The notes: generated from the letters alone by a model not told the origin. Counted from the first letter of the stretch, positions 19,515 through 28,836 are shown. The stretch is 64,000 nucleotides of DNA from Roseibacillus sp. (GCA_051251855.1 JBPOGI010000005.1:1-64000), one strand, 5' to 3'. A program made the numbers and translations.

Positions 19515-20378
19515 TCAGCGTAAGACCTCGATGGGAAACTTGTATTGGGTGCCACGTTCGTTTTCGGCGATGAGAGGATACTTGCGATTGCGCGGCTTGA
19601 GGGCGACGAGGCGGAAGACTTGGCCTCCGCTCTGGAAGAGGCGGTGGTAGTCGTCGAAGGTGAGGCCGAAGAGAGGAGCGGTTTGTTGGAAGAGGCGTTC
19701 TTCGGGGCTGAGGCCGTCTTCGGGTTCGGATTCGATGTCGAATTGAAGGCCGACGGTGGCTCGGGAGGAGGAGAACTGGCTTTTGCTGGGGGAAAGGCTG
19801 AGGCCGAGTTCGTCAGCGAGGGGGCCGAGTTGTTCCATGATGCGTTCCTGCAGGCTGAGGACGGTAGGGCGGTCGAAGTATTCGACGGGCTGGGTGGTGA
19901 ACTGGGGGTTGGGTTTGACGACGAGTTGGCCGAGGGTTTCAGCTTTGCGTCCGCGAATGAAAGTTTGGGACAAGTCGTTGTTCGGCTTGCGATGATGATG
20001 GGAAAAGACTTCCCCGGTTTCGCGATGGGCGAGGACCCAGGGAGCGTCGGGGGCGTTAACTTCTTCGCCATCGTAGCAGCGATCGGGACGGGCTCCGATA
20101 CGACGGCAGATGGCTTTCCATCGTTCATCGTGGCCGCAGTTTTGGCCGGTTTCGATGCCGGCGAGGGCGTGGGCAATCTCGTGGAGAATGGTGTCGAGGA
20201 CTTCTTCTTCGGGATTGAGGGCGGCGAGGGGGCGGCTGAGAGAGATTTCCCTTTTTGCGGGACGGCAGATACCAAAGCGACGTTCGGCATTGTCCAGCGA
20301 GCCTGTCCAACCGCGCTCAGCGAGCCCGTGTTCGGCGAGCTTGCATTGCAAAAGGTCGAGGGCCTCGTTGGGGTTCAT
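19515..20378 (-). CDS. SprT-like zinc metalloprotease domain protein
   Basis: RRFGIC...ISLS...DTILHEIAHAL...GHDERWK. Confidence 0.85.
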   Translation of the reverse strand: MNPNEALDLLQCKLAEHGLAERGWTGSLDNAERRFGICRPAKREISLSRPLAALNPEEEVLDTILHEIAHALAGIETGQNCGHDERWKAICRRIGARPDRCYDGEEVNAPDAPWVLAHRETGEVFSHHHRKPNNDLSQTFIRGRKAETLGQLVVKPNPQFTTQPVEYFDRPTVLSLQERIMEQLGPLADELGLSLSPSKSQFSSSRATVGLQFDIESEPEDGLSPEERLFQQTAPLFGLTFDDYHRLFQSGGQVFRLVALKPRNRKYPLIAENERGTQYKFPIEVLR

Positions 20379-20448
20379 GGCGCGCCGAGATTCCTTGATT
20401 TTCTGTGAAATGAGAAGCTTCTCTCGTGGCAGTCGGGTGCCTCCTACC

Positions 20449-20826
20449 TCATGCCTTGTCTAGAAATTGTTCAGCCGAGATCGCTTCTAGTAACGTTAAG
20501 CGCTCTGCTTGCTTTTTGAAGCGAAGGCAGACTAGGAGGAGGCCAACGAGTTGCCCTGCCATTCCGAGAGCCCAAAGTCCAAAGACTGCCGTAATCAATT
20601 CTTCATCGTTAAGGAGGGTAAACACATTACTACCTGAAAAAGATTCCAGAGCTTCAATGGTGAGAAATCCGGCGAGGGTGATGAAGATGATGAAGCTACT
20701 GACAAGAATGAGGGTAGAGAGGGCGGGCACCTTTTGTCCTTTAAGGGAAAAGGCGGCGATGATTCCAAGAACTTGTAACGGGATGCCGAGAACAAGGATG
20801 AGATAGTCGATGACAAAGGCAATCAT
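20449..20826 (-). CDS. Small 3-TM membrane protein (paralog family)
   Basis: Three TM segments plus C-terminal RLTLLEAI helix. Confidence 0.7.
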   Translation of the reverse strand: MIAFVIDYLILVLGIPLQVLGIIAAFSLKGQKVPALSTLILVSSFIIFITLAGFLTIEALESFSGSNVFTLLNDEELITAVFGLWALGMAGQLVGLLLVCLRFKKQAERLTLLEAISAEQFLDKA

Positions 20827-20853
20827 TCGGAAGAGGGGCAGCTCGCTGAGAAC

Positions 20854-21630
20854 CTAATTGCCGAGGAATTGATTGAGGTGCTCAGTGAGCTCGGCTTGAA
20901 ATTTTTTGCCTTCGTGGTAGCGAGGGGGGAGGGTCTTGATGATAGAGTTGGGAAGCGCGTTCGCGATGGCTTGGGCAATCTCTTGAGGGTGAAGCTCGTC
21001 GCGGGTGGTATCGAGGACAAGGGTTTCGTTCTGGATGGCGGAGAGGTTGGCAAGGCTTTCGAAGGGGCGGCTTTGCCACATCTTGAAGAGAACGCGGGTG
21101 CTGGCATCGTCTTTGCGGCGGTCTAACAGTCGGGTGAGGGATTCGGCTACGGGGACATTATTTTCCGCGAGGTCTTGGTAATCGGGATGGAGGGCCAGCT
21201 CCATGGTGGCCTTTTCTTCATCGTAAGCGTCGAGCCATTGGCCGACTTGAGCAACGAGGGAAAGGTGGGCGGGTTCGGGTTGGTCGAGCCAGGAAGGGCG
21301 AAGGACGATGATTTTTTTGACACGTTCGGGATAGCGGAGGGCGATGTTGAGAGCGATGCCAGAGCCCATGGAGATGCCGCCAAGATCGGTGGACTCGATG
21401 CCGAGTTCGTCTAAGAGGGCGACGGCGAGGTCGGCAAAGTAGTCGAAGGAGAAGAGATCGGGGTTAAAATCGAGGGAGTCACCGTGGCCCGGCATATCTG
21501 GGGTGATGAGATGGGTGTTCTCTAGCATGGATAGAGCAGAGACCGACTGCTGACGCGAAGCCCCAAGGCCGTGCATGAAGAGAAGCGGTGGATTTTCAGG
21601 ATTTCCAATGAGAGAATGAGCGAGTGGCAT
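20854..21630 (-). CDS. Alpha/beta fold hydrolase
   Basis: HGLG, DMPGHG, GISMG nucleophile elbow, YPERV. Confidence 0.9.
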   Translation of the reverse strand: MPLAHSLIGNPENPPLLFMHGLGASRQQSVSALSMLENTHLITPDMPGHGDSLDFNPDLFSFDYFADLAVALLDELGIESTDLGGISMGSGIALNIALRYPERVKKIIVLRPSWLDQPEPAHLSLVAQVGQWLDAYDEEKATMELALHPDYQDLAENNVPVAESLTRLLDRRKDDASTRVLFKMWQSRPFESLANLSAIQNETLVLDTTRDELHPQEIAQAIANALPNSIIKTLPPRYHEGKKFQAELTEHLNQFLGN

Positions 21631-21653
21631 AGGATAGCTGGGGTCAGGAAAGA

Positions 21654-22031
21654 TTAAGAGACTTTCGGGCTATCTTGCGAGATTTTTTGATGTTCAAGAT
21701 GCGCTCTGAACTCTTTGGCGATGAGGAAGATGCCTGCGAAAACAAGCGCGTTGCAGACCACAGAAGAAAATGCGGTTGCGAGGTAGAATTGTTGCATGAA
21801 CTCAGTGGTGAACCCGTTCATTGAAAGCAACTTAGTAAGTAAAAGATTGAACACGAGCTGGGAGAGCTCGACCAACAGGCTTCCAATCGAGCCTATGAAC
21901 AAGAGAAGAGGGCCAGCGTTCTCGGTCTTTTTCCATAGCACTCGGCTTGCGGCGATGGCGAGGCCGTAAATTACAGTCCACGCCAGCGGAAAGACGATGT
22001 TGTAAATGGCTAGGATTAGTTCTGGAGACAC
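21654..22031 (-). CDS. Small 3-TM membrane protein (paralog family)
   Basis: Shares YG..ASR...GPLL...GI.L.A..FRA with 22080..22436. Confidence 0.7.
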   Translation of the reverse strand: MSPELILAIYNIVFPLAWTVIYGLAIAASRVLWKKTENAGPLLLFIGSIGSLLVELSQLVFNLLLTKLLSMNGFTTEFMQQFYLATAFSSVVCNALVFAGIFLIAKEFRAHLEHQKISQDSPKVS

Positions 22032-22079
22032 TCGGCAAGGTTGAAAAATTATCAGTAAATTGTCCCGTGAAATCGATGC

Positions 22080-22436
22080 TCACTCACGGGCGTTCTCGGA
22101 CTCTCTCGTGTCCAGCAGGGCTCGGAAGTCCTGTGCCATCAGTAAGATTCCCAAGAGAAGAAGCATTGTTGCTACCAAGTCGACCAAGCTGAGCGAAAGC
22201 CAGACCTTCTGCATCATTCGGTAGGCGAGAAAATAGCGATCTTCTAGGAGATTGGAGAGGGGAAAGGTGAGTCCTACGATTAACTTGGTGGTGCAAGTGA
22301 GTAGAATCAACAAGGGGCCACGATTTCGAGTTCGTCCGAGTAGGCGCGAGGCTCCGTAGATTCCGACGATGCTCACCAACCCGTAGACCAACGAGTTGAA
22401 GTAGCTGAAGTAGAAATCAAAAAGCTGGTCGAACAT
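22080..22436 (-). CDS. Small 3-TM membrane protein (paralog family)
   Basis: Tandem paralog of 21654..22031. Confidence 0.7.
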   Translation of the reverse strand: MFDQLFDFYFSYFNSLVYGLVSIVGIYGASRLLGRTRNRGPLLILLTCTTKLIVGLTFPLSNLLEDRYFLAYRMMQKVWLSLSLVDLVATMLLLLGILLMAQDFRALLDTRESENARE

Positions 22437-22500
22437 GGGTCTACGAAGAGACCCAAGTGTCGCCAGCTAGTCATTCGAAAGCAAGAGGGATGGAACCGAG

Positions 22501-23292
22501 TTACTCGGGCTTCAGCTCTTTGATGCGGATATTGCGATACATGAGCTCCGCCCACTCGGCTTGGAGTCCGATGCGCCCTTTCTCGAGAGGGACGGTTTCG
22601 CCTTCTTTGTTCTTCTGGGTAAAGTTTGTGATTTCGTGAACCACTTCGCCATTGAGAATGAAGACTGCCTTTTCCGAGCCGTGGACTTGGATTTCCATTT
22701 CGTTCCACTCGCCTTTGGGGTTTTCGACACCGAGATTGGAGGGGTATGACTTGCCGTTTTTGACTTCGCCTTCGGGATGGTAGTAGCCGTCTTTGCGCTT
22801 GGTGTCGACACGAAGGTCTTTGCCGAGAACGAAGAGGTCACCGGTGTGAAAGCGTCCATCGGCTCCCTTGCCATGTTTCTTGTCTGCGGGGGATTCGCCA
22901 ATCTGCATTTCCAAGCAAAGGGGCCAGATTCTCTTCAAGTCGCCATGGACATGAAAGAGAAGTCCGGCGTCGCGGTCCCAATCGGTGCGGGGTGCGAAGC
23001 GCTTGTCGAGCCACTTGTAGTCGAGCTTGAGAATAAAGTGGCTGAATTCGGTTTCGGTATTGAGGCAGTCGGTCTTCTGCTTGGAGTCTGCTTCCTTTCC
23101 GGCGTAGACGTGAATGGCCTTCTCTTCTTCGTTGACGGTGTAGGCGGATTCTTCACCAGCCAACACTCGGGCGGAAGTCCAGCCGTTGAGGGTTTTGCCG
23201 TCAAAGAGGGGGACGAATCCTTCTTCCTCGGCAAAGGAGGGAAAAGCGGAAAAGAGGCTGACGGCGAGGAGCGCGTGGAGTGGTTTTTTCAT
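22501..23292 (-). CDS. DUF1080 / 3-keto-disaccharide hydrolase family secreted protein
   Basis: Signal peptide, FVPLFDGKTLNGW, EMQI, GEWN, GRIGLQAE, YRNIRIK. Confidence 0.9.
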   Translation of the reverse strand: MKKPLHALLAVSLFSAFPSFAEEEGFVPLFDGKTLNGWTSARVLAGEESAYTVNEEEKAIHVYAGKEADSKQKTDCLNTETEFSHFILKLDYKWLDKRFAPRTDWDRDAGLLFHVHGDLKRIWPLCLEMQIGESPADKKHGKGADGRFHTGDLFVLGKDLRVDTKRKDGYYHPEGEVKNGKSYPSNLGVENPKGEWNEMEIQVHGSEKAVFILNGEVVHEITNFTQKNKEGETVPLEKGRIGLQAEWAELMYRNIRIKELKPE

Positions 23293-23405
23293 ACGGTAGG
23301 ATCTACTTAATAGCGGTTGTTATTCTTACAGTGCCCTTCTGAGGGAAAAGCTTAAGATGGAATTTGTTAAGGAAAAGGGAGTGCGGGCGTTCTTTGCCCT
23401 TCTAT

Positions 23406-25064
23406 CTAGGGGGCGCCGGTGAGTTGGAGTTCGCGTTTGTAGATTTTATCGGCGACGGCAACGTAGAGGGTTTGGCGGTTGGGGCCGCCGAAGGTGACGT
23501 AGTTGGTGCGGTTGCCGATGGGGCTGGGGGTGGGGAGAATGAGTTTGCAGCGGCCTTCTTGGTCAAAGAATTGCACTCCGTATTGAGTTCCACAGAGGAG
23601 TTCGCCGGTGGTGGTGCTGGTCATGCCGTCGAGGCGGCCTTCGGTCATGTCGTAGGGAAGATGAGCATGGAAGTAGGGCTGCTTGTCTTTAAGGCTACCA
23701 TCGGAGTTGATGGTGTAGTTGTAGATCATGTTGCTGGTGAAGTGGGCCACGTAGAGGCGGGTGTGATCGGGGCTGAGTCCGATGCCGTTTGGGCGTTGGA
23801 AGTTGGGGTCAGCGGCTTTGCGGTCGCCGGTGACGAGGTTGACGTGCCAGACTTTGTTGCTGCTGGGGTCGGTGTAATAGAGGTGGCCATGCTTGGTGAC
23901 GACGAGGTCGTTGGAGGGGGTTCCGCTGGCGACGACCTTCCAGGTTTTACTAGAAATCTCGTAGCTACGGATTTCGTTTGCGCCGTTAGAGGCGAGGTAG
24001 AGAGTTTTGCCGTCAGGGGAGAGAGCAAGGCCGTTGGAGCGAGCGGTGTCGTCGGAGAGAAGGGTTTGGGTGCCGTCGGGGGTGATTTGGTAGAGTTCGT
24101 TGTCTCGCACGTCGGTGAAGAAGAGGGTGCCGTCGGGGGTGACTTTCATGCCTTCGGCAAAGCTGTGTCCCTCGGTGACGAGTTCCCAATCGCTGTCGGG
24201 GACGAGCCAGTCTTTGGCGGCGGATTGGGAGTCCTCGAGGTGGGTGGTGACGGGTGTTTTGCCATGGTCCTTCCAAAGCCAGCGCAGGGCATCGGGAAGG
24301 ATGGCGCCGGAGCCTTGACGATTGTGACCGCCTTCATCCCAGGCGTGGTCGACTTCGTAGCCCGCCCATTGGAGGGCGCTGAGCATGGTTTGGTTGGCGA
24401 GGAACCAGTTGCCGTAGGAGTTGTCGAGGTCGTTGGAGCCGTCTTGGAGGAAAATGCGCAGGGGCTTGGGTGCGGTTTTGCGAATGAGGGTGGGGTAGTC
24501 GCCACCGCTGCGGATATCGACGTAGGTGCCAATGGCGGAGTAGACGCGGCGAAAGGCGTCGGGACGATGCCAGGCGACGGTGAAGGCACAAATGGCTCCG
24601 GAGGAGGCTCCGCTGATGGCGCGGTCGTCGGGGTTGGGAGAGATATTAAGTCGGTGTTCGTTCTCTAACAGAGGAATCATTTCGTTGATTAGAAAAGTGG
24701 CGTAGCGGTCGGTCATGGCGTCGTACTCGAAGCAACGATTTTTGCGGGGCTTGCCTCCTTCGATGGCGGAGGGGACGACGCCGGGGTTGATGAAGAGGCC
24801 GATGGTGACAGGCATGTCGCCAGAGGCGATGAGTTCGTCGAAGCGCTCGGGAACGCGGTCTTGGCCTTTGGGGTTGATGGAGGCGTGGCCATCTTGGAAG
24901 ACCATGAGGCAGGCAGGTTTGCTGGGGTCGTATTGGTCTGGGAGGTAGATCCAATAGTCGCGCTCAGTGCCGGGGAAGATTTTGGAAGAGTTGAAGCTGT
25001 GCTTGGTAAGGGTGCTGGCTTGGAGGGTAGCAGAGAGGGCGAGGAAGAGAATGAGGCGTAGCAT
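23406..25064 (-). CDS. Esterase (Fes-like alpha/beta) + SMP-30/gluconolactonase fusion, secreted
   Basis: FPGTERDYW, GASSG elbow; C-terminal FAEG...SNGL...PNGIGLSPD...LDGM propeller motifs. Confidence 0.88.
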   Translation of the reverse strand: MLRLILFLALSATLQASTLTKHSFNSSKIFPGTERDYWIYLPDQYDPSKPACLMVFQDGHASINPKGQDRVPERFDELIASGDMPVTIGLFINPGVVPSAIEGGKPRKNRCFEYDAMTDRYATFLINEMIPLLENEHRLNISPNPDDRAISGASSGAICAFTVAWHRPDAFRRVYSAIGTYVDIRSGGDYPTLIRKTAPKPLRIFLQDGSNDLDNSYGNWFLANQTMLSALQWAGYEVDHAWDEGGHNRQGSGAILPDALRWLWKDHGKTPVTTHLEDSQSAAKDWLVPDSDWELVTEGHSFAEGMKVTPDGTLFFTDVRDNELYQITPDGTQTLLSDDTARSNGLALSPDGKTLYLASNGANEIRSYEISSKTWKVVASGTPSNDLVVTKHGHLYYTDPSSNKVWHVNLVTGDRKAADPNFQRPNGIGLSPDHTRLYVAHFTSNMIYNYTINSDGSLKDKQPYFHAHLPYDMTEGRLDGMTSTTTGELLCGTQYGVQFFDQEGRCKLILPTPSPIGNRTNYVTFGGPNRQTLYVAVADKIYKRELQLTGAP

Positions 25065-25129
25065 AGGGAAAGGATACGGAGGATTTCTCTGAAACTGAGC
25101 AGAAAAATTTGAGGCCGCCGCTCCAGAGG

Positions 25130-26227
25130 TTAGTCAAGCTTGGGACCGACGCGGGGGGGGCGGGGGGTGGGGGGCTTTTCGGGGGGCTCTTCGAGGCGAT
25201 TGACTTCGACGTCCATCAGAGGGTGGCGATGGCGGTCCCAGCCGTTGACTTCCCAACCAGCGGGGACGTTGGCTTTGTCGGCGAGTTCGCGAGCGACGAG
25301 GTAGGTGTTAAAGCTGTTGGGGTTGACCTTGAACATGAGGACCGCTTTGCGGTCGCGGGCGAGGACTTTGAGGATGCCGATGAATTTGTTGTTGGGTTGG
25401 CTGAGCTCTTCCAATGAAGTGCCACCTTCCTTTCTGTCGGGGATGGTGTCGAGGGCGAGTCGTGTTTGGGAGGGGGTTTTAGGGAGGTGAACTTTTTGCC
25501 CCCGATTGTTGCCAAAGTCGAAGTCCTGAAAGGCTTCCATGACTTTGGTGTGGTCGAGGATGTAGCGGTCGGCACCTTGGCGTTTGATGCGCTCTCGGAG
25601 CCATTTACTGCGGTTCTTTTTGGTGAGTTGGTAGTATTTTTCGGCGGGGGTGTAGGGGTCGATGAAGTGCACACGGTCATCCATAACAAGGGCGTAGAAG
25701 ATGGTGGCGTTGGCGGGGATGTCGCGGCTGTTGGGAATGGTGACGACGGTGGGAGGTTCGGCTTGGAGGACGGGGGTGTCGTCGAGGCGTGCTTCCAGTT
25801 CGGCGATTTCCTTCTGAAGAAGGTTGGTTTCCTCTTGTTCGGTGTCGCGCTTTTTTCGGGCTTCGGTCTCGAGTTTTTTGAGTTCGGCGAGGTCTGCGAG
25901 GAGGCTTTCGTCGAGGACGGCGTCTTTTTCGAGGAGGGCGAGCTTGCGTTTTTCCTCTTCGAGTTCTTCGGGAGTGGGTGGGTCTTCCTTAAGTTTTTCT
26001 TCCTGCTCTTCTTTTTTCTTCTCGAGTTCGGCGACAATTTTTTGGGACTCTTCGACTTGTTCGGGGGTGGCTGGCTCGAGGTTGTCGAAGAATTCTTGCA
26101 CCTTTTGAGTGACTTCGGTTTGCACGAGGATGAGAACAAGGATCAGGACGGCGACTACGTTGGTGAGCGCGTCCATGAGAGAGTCGAGATTGACTCCTTC
26201 GTCGTTGTTCTTGGGTCGGCGAGCCAT
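25130..26227 (-). CDS. ExbD/TolR/MotB-like single-TM protein with long coiled coil (Asp-containing TM)
   Basis: MARR...NLDSLMDALTNVVAVLILV; Glu/Lys coiled coil; third gene of the MotA-like operon. Confidence 0.75.
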   Translation of the reverse strand: MARRPKNNDEGVNLDSLMDALTNVVAVLILVLILVQTEVTQKVQEFFDNLEPATPEQVEESQKIVAELEKKKEEQEEKLKEDPPTPEELEEEKRKLALLEKDAVLDESLLADLAELKKLETEARKKRDTEQEETNLLQKEIAELEARLDDTPVLQAEPPTVVTIPNSRDIPANATIFYALVMDDRVHFIDPYTPAEKYYQLTKKNRSKWLRERIKRQGADRYILDHTKVMEAFQDFDFGNNRGQKVHLPKTPSQTRLALDTIPDRKEGGTSLEELSQPNNKFIGILKVLARDRKAVLMFKVNPNSFNTYLVARELADKANVPAGWEVNGWDRHRHPLMDVEVNRLEEPPEKPPTPRPPRVGPKLD

Positions 26228-26230
26228 GGT

Positions 26231-27046
26231 TTACTTTTTGAAGAGGGAGAGGTCGATTTCGCCATCCTTAGGGACGGGGAGTTTGCCGGTGCGGACTTCG
26301 AATTGCTCTTCGGCGTGGCTGGCAGCCCAGAGGTAGGGGTCGTTGCCGGCCTTGCGAACGAGGAAGAGAACCATGGAGTCACGGGTGCGTTTGACTTCTT
26401 CGAGGAAGTCGCCGTATTGGTCGTTGTTAGGGATGGCTGCTGTGGAGACGGTGACCTGAGGTTTGTCTTCGCGGCGGAGGATGATGCCTGTGGAATTGCA
26501 CTCGACGAAGAAGACGTTTTTGGCGGTGCGAGAGCCGACGCCGCCGGGACGGATGACGACTTTTTCGTTGGGTTTGGGGGGGATCTTGCGCTTTTCGATT
26601 TCGGCGAGGAGTTCTTTTTTGCGCTTGGTGAGAACGGGTTGCTCCTTCTGGATTGCGCGGGTTTCTTTGCGGAGGTTTTCGAGGATTTTTTGAAGGGCGG
26701 CGTCGGTTTCCTCGGGGTTTTTCGCTTTCTCGAGTTCCTCGATTTTCATGGAGAGGGCGATATTCCGTTCCTGTAGTTTTTCGAGTTCGACCGCGGCGGA
26801 CTTTTCTTTCTTGAGGCGCTCTTCGAGTTGAGCGAGTTCTTGGCGAGCTTGCTCGGCTTGTTGCTTGAGCTTGAGGTTTTCTTTGGCGCGGTCGAGTTCC
26901 TCTTGGGAGACGTTGTCGCGCTCCTGCTCTTTGATGATCATGTTGACACTGATCAAGAGGGTGAGCACGCCAATGAGACTGGCGAGAATGCTCATGAAGG
27001 GGAAGAGGGAGACTCCTCCTTCGTCACTCTTACGGCGGCGGGGCAT
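26231..27046 (-). CDS. ExbD/TolR-like single-TM protein with coiled coil (TM lacks Asp)
   Basis: MPRRRK...SLFPFMSILASLIGVL; coiled coil; C-terminal alpha/beta domain (FLVRKAG...TGKLP). Confidence 0.75.
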   Translation of the reverse strand: MPRRRKSDEGGVSLFPFMSILASLIGVLTLLISVNMIIKEQERDNVSQEELDRAKENLKLKQQAEQARQELAQLEERLKKEKSAAVELEKLQERNIALSMKIEELEKAKNPEETDAALQKILENLRKETRAIQKEQPVLTKRKKELLAEIEKRKIPPKPNEKVVIRPGGVGSRTAKNVFFVECNSTGIILRREDKPQVTVSTAAIPNNDQYGDFLEEVKRTRDSMVLFLVRKAGNDPYLWAASHAEEQFEVRTGKLPVPKDGEIDLSLFKK

Positions 27047-27068
27047 GATTTAAGTTTGGGGGGTGGGG

Positions 27069-28328
27069 TTACTTGCCAAAGAGGCCTTTCTTCTTTTTGG
27101 CTTCGTTGGGGATGCCGTCTTTGCCGAGGTCGCGCAGGGCGGTGTTGATGGAGTTGATGCCATCGGCGATGCGGCTGAAGGTTTTGTCGAGTTCGGCGTG
27201 GGACTTGAGGAAGATTTCGCTGCTGGTGCCGTTGAGTTTGTCGGAGGCTTGCACCAAGTTGTTTTCGAGGACCTCGGAGGTTTTTTGCATCTGCCGCGTG
27301 GACTCGTTGAGGTTGTTGAGGAAGGTCTCGTGAGCGCGGGAGAGCGAGCCGACAAGCTCGGGGAGACTGTCGGCTTGTTGGAGGATTTCCTCGTTGCTGG
27401 AGGCTTTGCTGTCGTTGAGTTTTGGGAGGAGCTTCTCGGTGCAGACGGCGTCGATGATGGTGAGGGTCTCGTCCTCTTTCTTCATCACGGCGGCGAGGGG
27501 GAAGTTGAGGAAGAGGGACAGGATGAGTCCTAACAGGGTGGTGTCGAAGGCGGTGCCGAGGCCACCGGTGAGGTTGTTGATGGCGTTCTTGAGCGCTTCG
27601 GGGTCACCGCTAGCGTCACCCATGTCGAGGGCGCCCACGGCGGTGGAGAGTCCCATCACGGTACCAATAAAGCCGAGGATGGGGATGGCCCAGAGGAAGA
27701 CTTTGAGAAGGGAGTAAGAACCGGCGGAGCGGTTGGCATCGAGGTCGGATTGGGTTTCGAGAAACGCAGCGGTCTCACCATTGTCGTTGCGAATTTCGAA
27801 GAGTTCGAGCGCTTTGCGAATGCGGTTGACGATGATGCTGTCGCGCAGGGTGAGGGGGACTTTGTAGATGTTGTCGATGAAGGCGCCGACGTTGCCGGAG
27901 TGAATCTCTTTGCCAATGCTTTCGGGGAAGAGGTTGAGGATGGAAGCGCGTTCTTGGCGTCGGTTTTTACCGACTTTGAGGAAGAGAATAGCGAGGCCCC
28001 AGAAGAAGAGGAAGGTCTCGGCGTAGTTGACCCAGCCGCGATCGAGGAAGATGTCGGCTATGCGGGTGCCTTTGAAGGGGAACAAGAGTCCGAGAAAGAG
28101 GACGGTGACTCCGAGTCCGATGCCAAAGCTTTTGAGGAAGTCGGCATTAGCATGATCTTTTTCGGCCCAACCATGGCGTTCGGGCCGGCCGGATTGGGAA
28201 GGGGTTGCGTCTTCGGCTGGAGCTTCGATGGCGAGTTTACCGGAGCAGGCGGGGCATTGTACGGTTTGGCCATAGTGCTCGGGAGCGACATCGAGATTGG
28301 TTTGGCAGGAAGGGCAAGTGACAAGCAT
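27069..28328 (-). CDS. MotA/TolQ/ExbB proton-channel family protein with N-terminal zinc ribbon and helical C-tail
   Basis: CPSC...CPAC at N-terminus; IPILGFIGTVMG and LGTAFDTTLLGL channel helices. Confidence 0.88.
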   Translation of the reverse strand: MLVTCPSCQTNLDVAPEHYGQTVQCPACSGKLAIEAPAEDATPSQSGRPERHGWAEKDHANADFLKSFGIGLGVTVLFLGLLFPFKGTRIADIFLDRGWVNYAETFLFFWGLAILFLKVGKNRRQERASILNLFPESIGKEIHSGNVGAFIDNIYKVPLTLRDSIIVNRIRKALELFEIRNDNGETAAFLETQSDLDANRSAGSYSLLKVFLWAIPILGFIGTVMGLSTAVGALDMGDASGDPEALKNAINNLTGGLGTAFDTTLLGLILSLFLNFPLAAVMKKEDETLTIIDAVCTEKLLPKLNDSKASSNEEILQQADSLPELVGSLSRAHETFLNNLNESTRQMQKTSEVLENNLVQASDKLNGTSSEIFLKSHAELDKTFSRIADGINSINTALRDLGKDGIPNEAKKKKGLFGK

Positions 28329-28364
28329 TGTTTCTTATGAGTAGAACGAGTGTTGGGAGAGGTT

Positions 28365-28429
28365 CTTAGATTGCGTTAGGCAATCTAAGCATTTCGTATG
28401 CACACAGGATATCGTCAAAATTGACGATA
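28365..28429. promoter_or_regulatory. Two perfect palindromes upstream of the MotA-like operon
   Basis: CTTAGATTGC-N5-GCAATCTAAG (28365-28389) and TATCGTCAA-N2-TTGACGATA (28410-28429). Confidence 0.55.
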
Positions 28430-28437
28430 CCGTGTAA

Positions 28438-28767
28438 TTATTTTCGCTTTTGGGGGAGTGTTTCTGCGAACTCGAGAGCGGGAGAGAGCCAAGTGGCGAG
28501 CGTTTCTTCATCGAGAGAAGTTGGGTCGATGTAGAGGTAGCCTTTCATAGCTCGGCCGGTGAAGTCCATTTCGCGTGCCTCGGGGTGAGCGAGGAGTTCT
28601 TGATATCTGTCGGGGCCGACTCGCAGCATCAAATCGTCCTTGTGGGTGAGTCCGCAGGCCATGTTGCCGTTGATGAGGAAGCAGAGACCTCCGAACATCT
28701 TTTTCTCGCTGAGACTCGGGATACCAGTGAGAAGGGTTCGGAGTCGGTCGGCGAGGAGCTCGTTCAT
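28438..28767 (-). CDS. TfoX N-terminal-like domain protein
   Basis: EKKMFGGLCFLINGNM...LMLRVG...MDFTGRAMKGY. Confidence 0.88.
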   Translation of the reverse strand: MNELLADRLRTLLTGIPSLSEKKMFGGLCFLINGNMACGLTHKDDLMLRVGPDRYQELLAHPEAREMDFTGRAMKGYLYIDPTSLDEETLATWLSPALEFAETLPQKRK

Positions 28768-28836
28768 GGGTGGCGAGGGGTGGGGGACGAAGGTGATTCG
28801 GGGTTGATGTTGGGTGTTTGGTTTTGGATGTTGGGG

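Noticed and set aside
23364..26776. Long plus-strand ORFs (23364..24668, 25466..26776; similarly 19545..20408, 45700..46509)
   Set aside because: Antisense shadows of well-supported minus-strand genes. C-ending codon bias removes stops on the opposite strand, and the products have no recognisable motifs
25130..28328. Zorya defence system call
   Set aside because: No OmpA-like domain in the B-like subunits, the A-subunit tail is short, and no ZorC/D/E-like nuclease or helicase is adjacent
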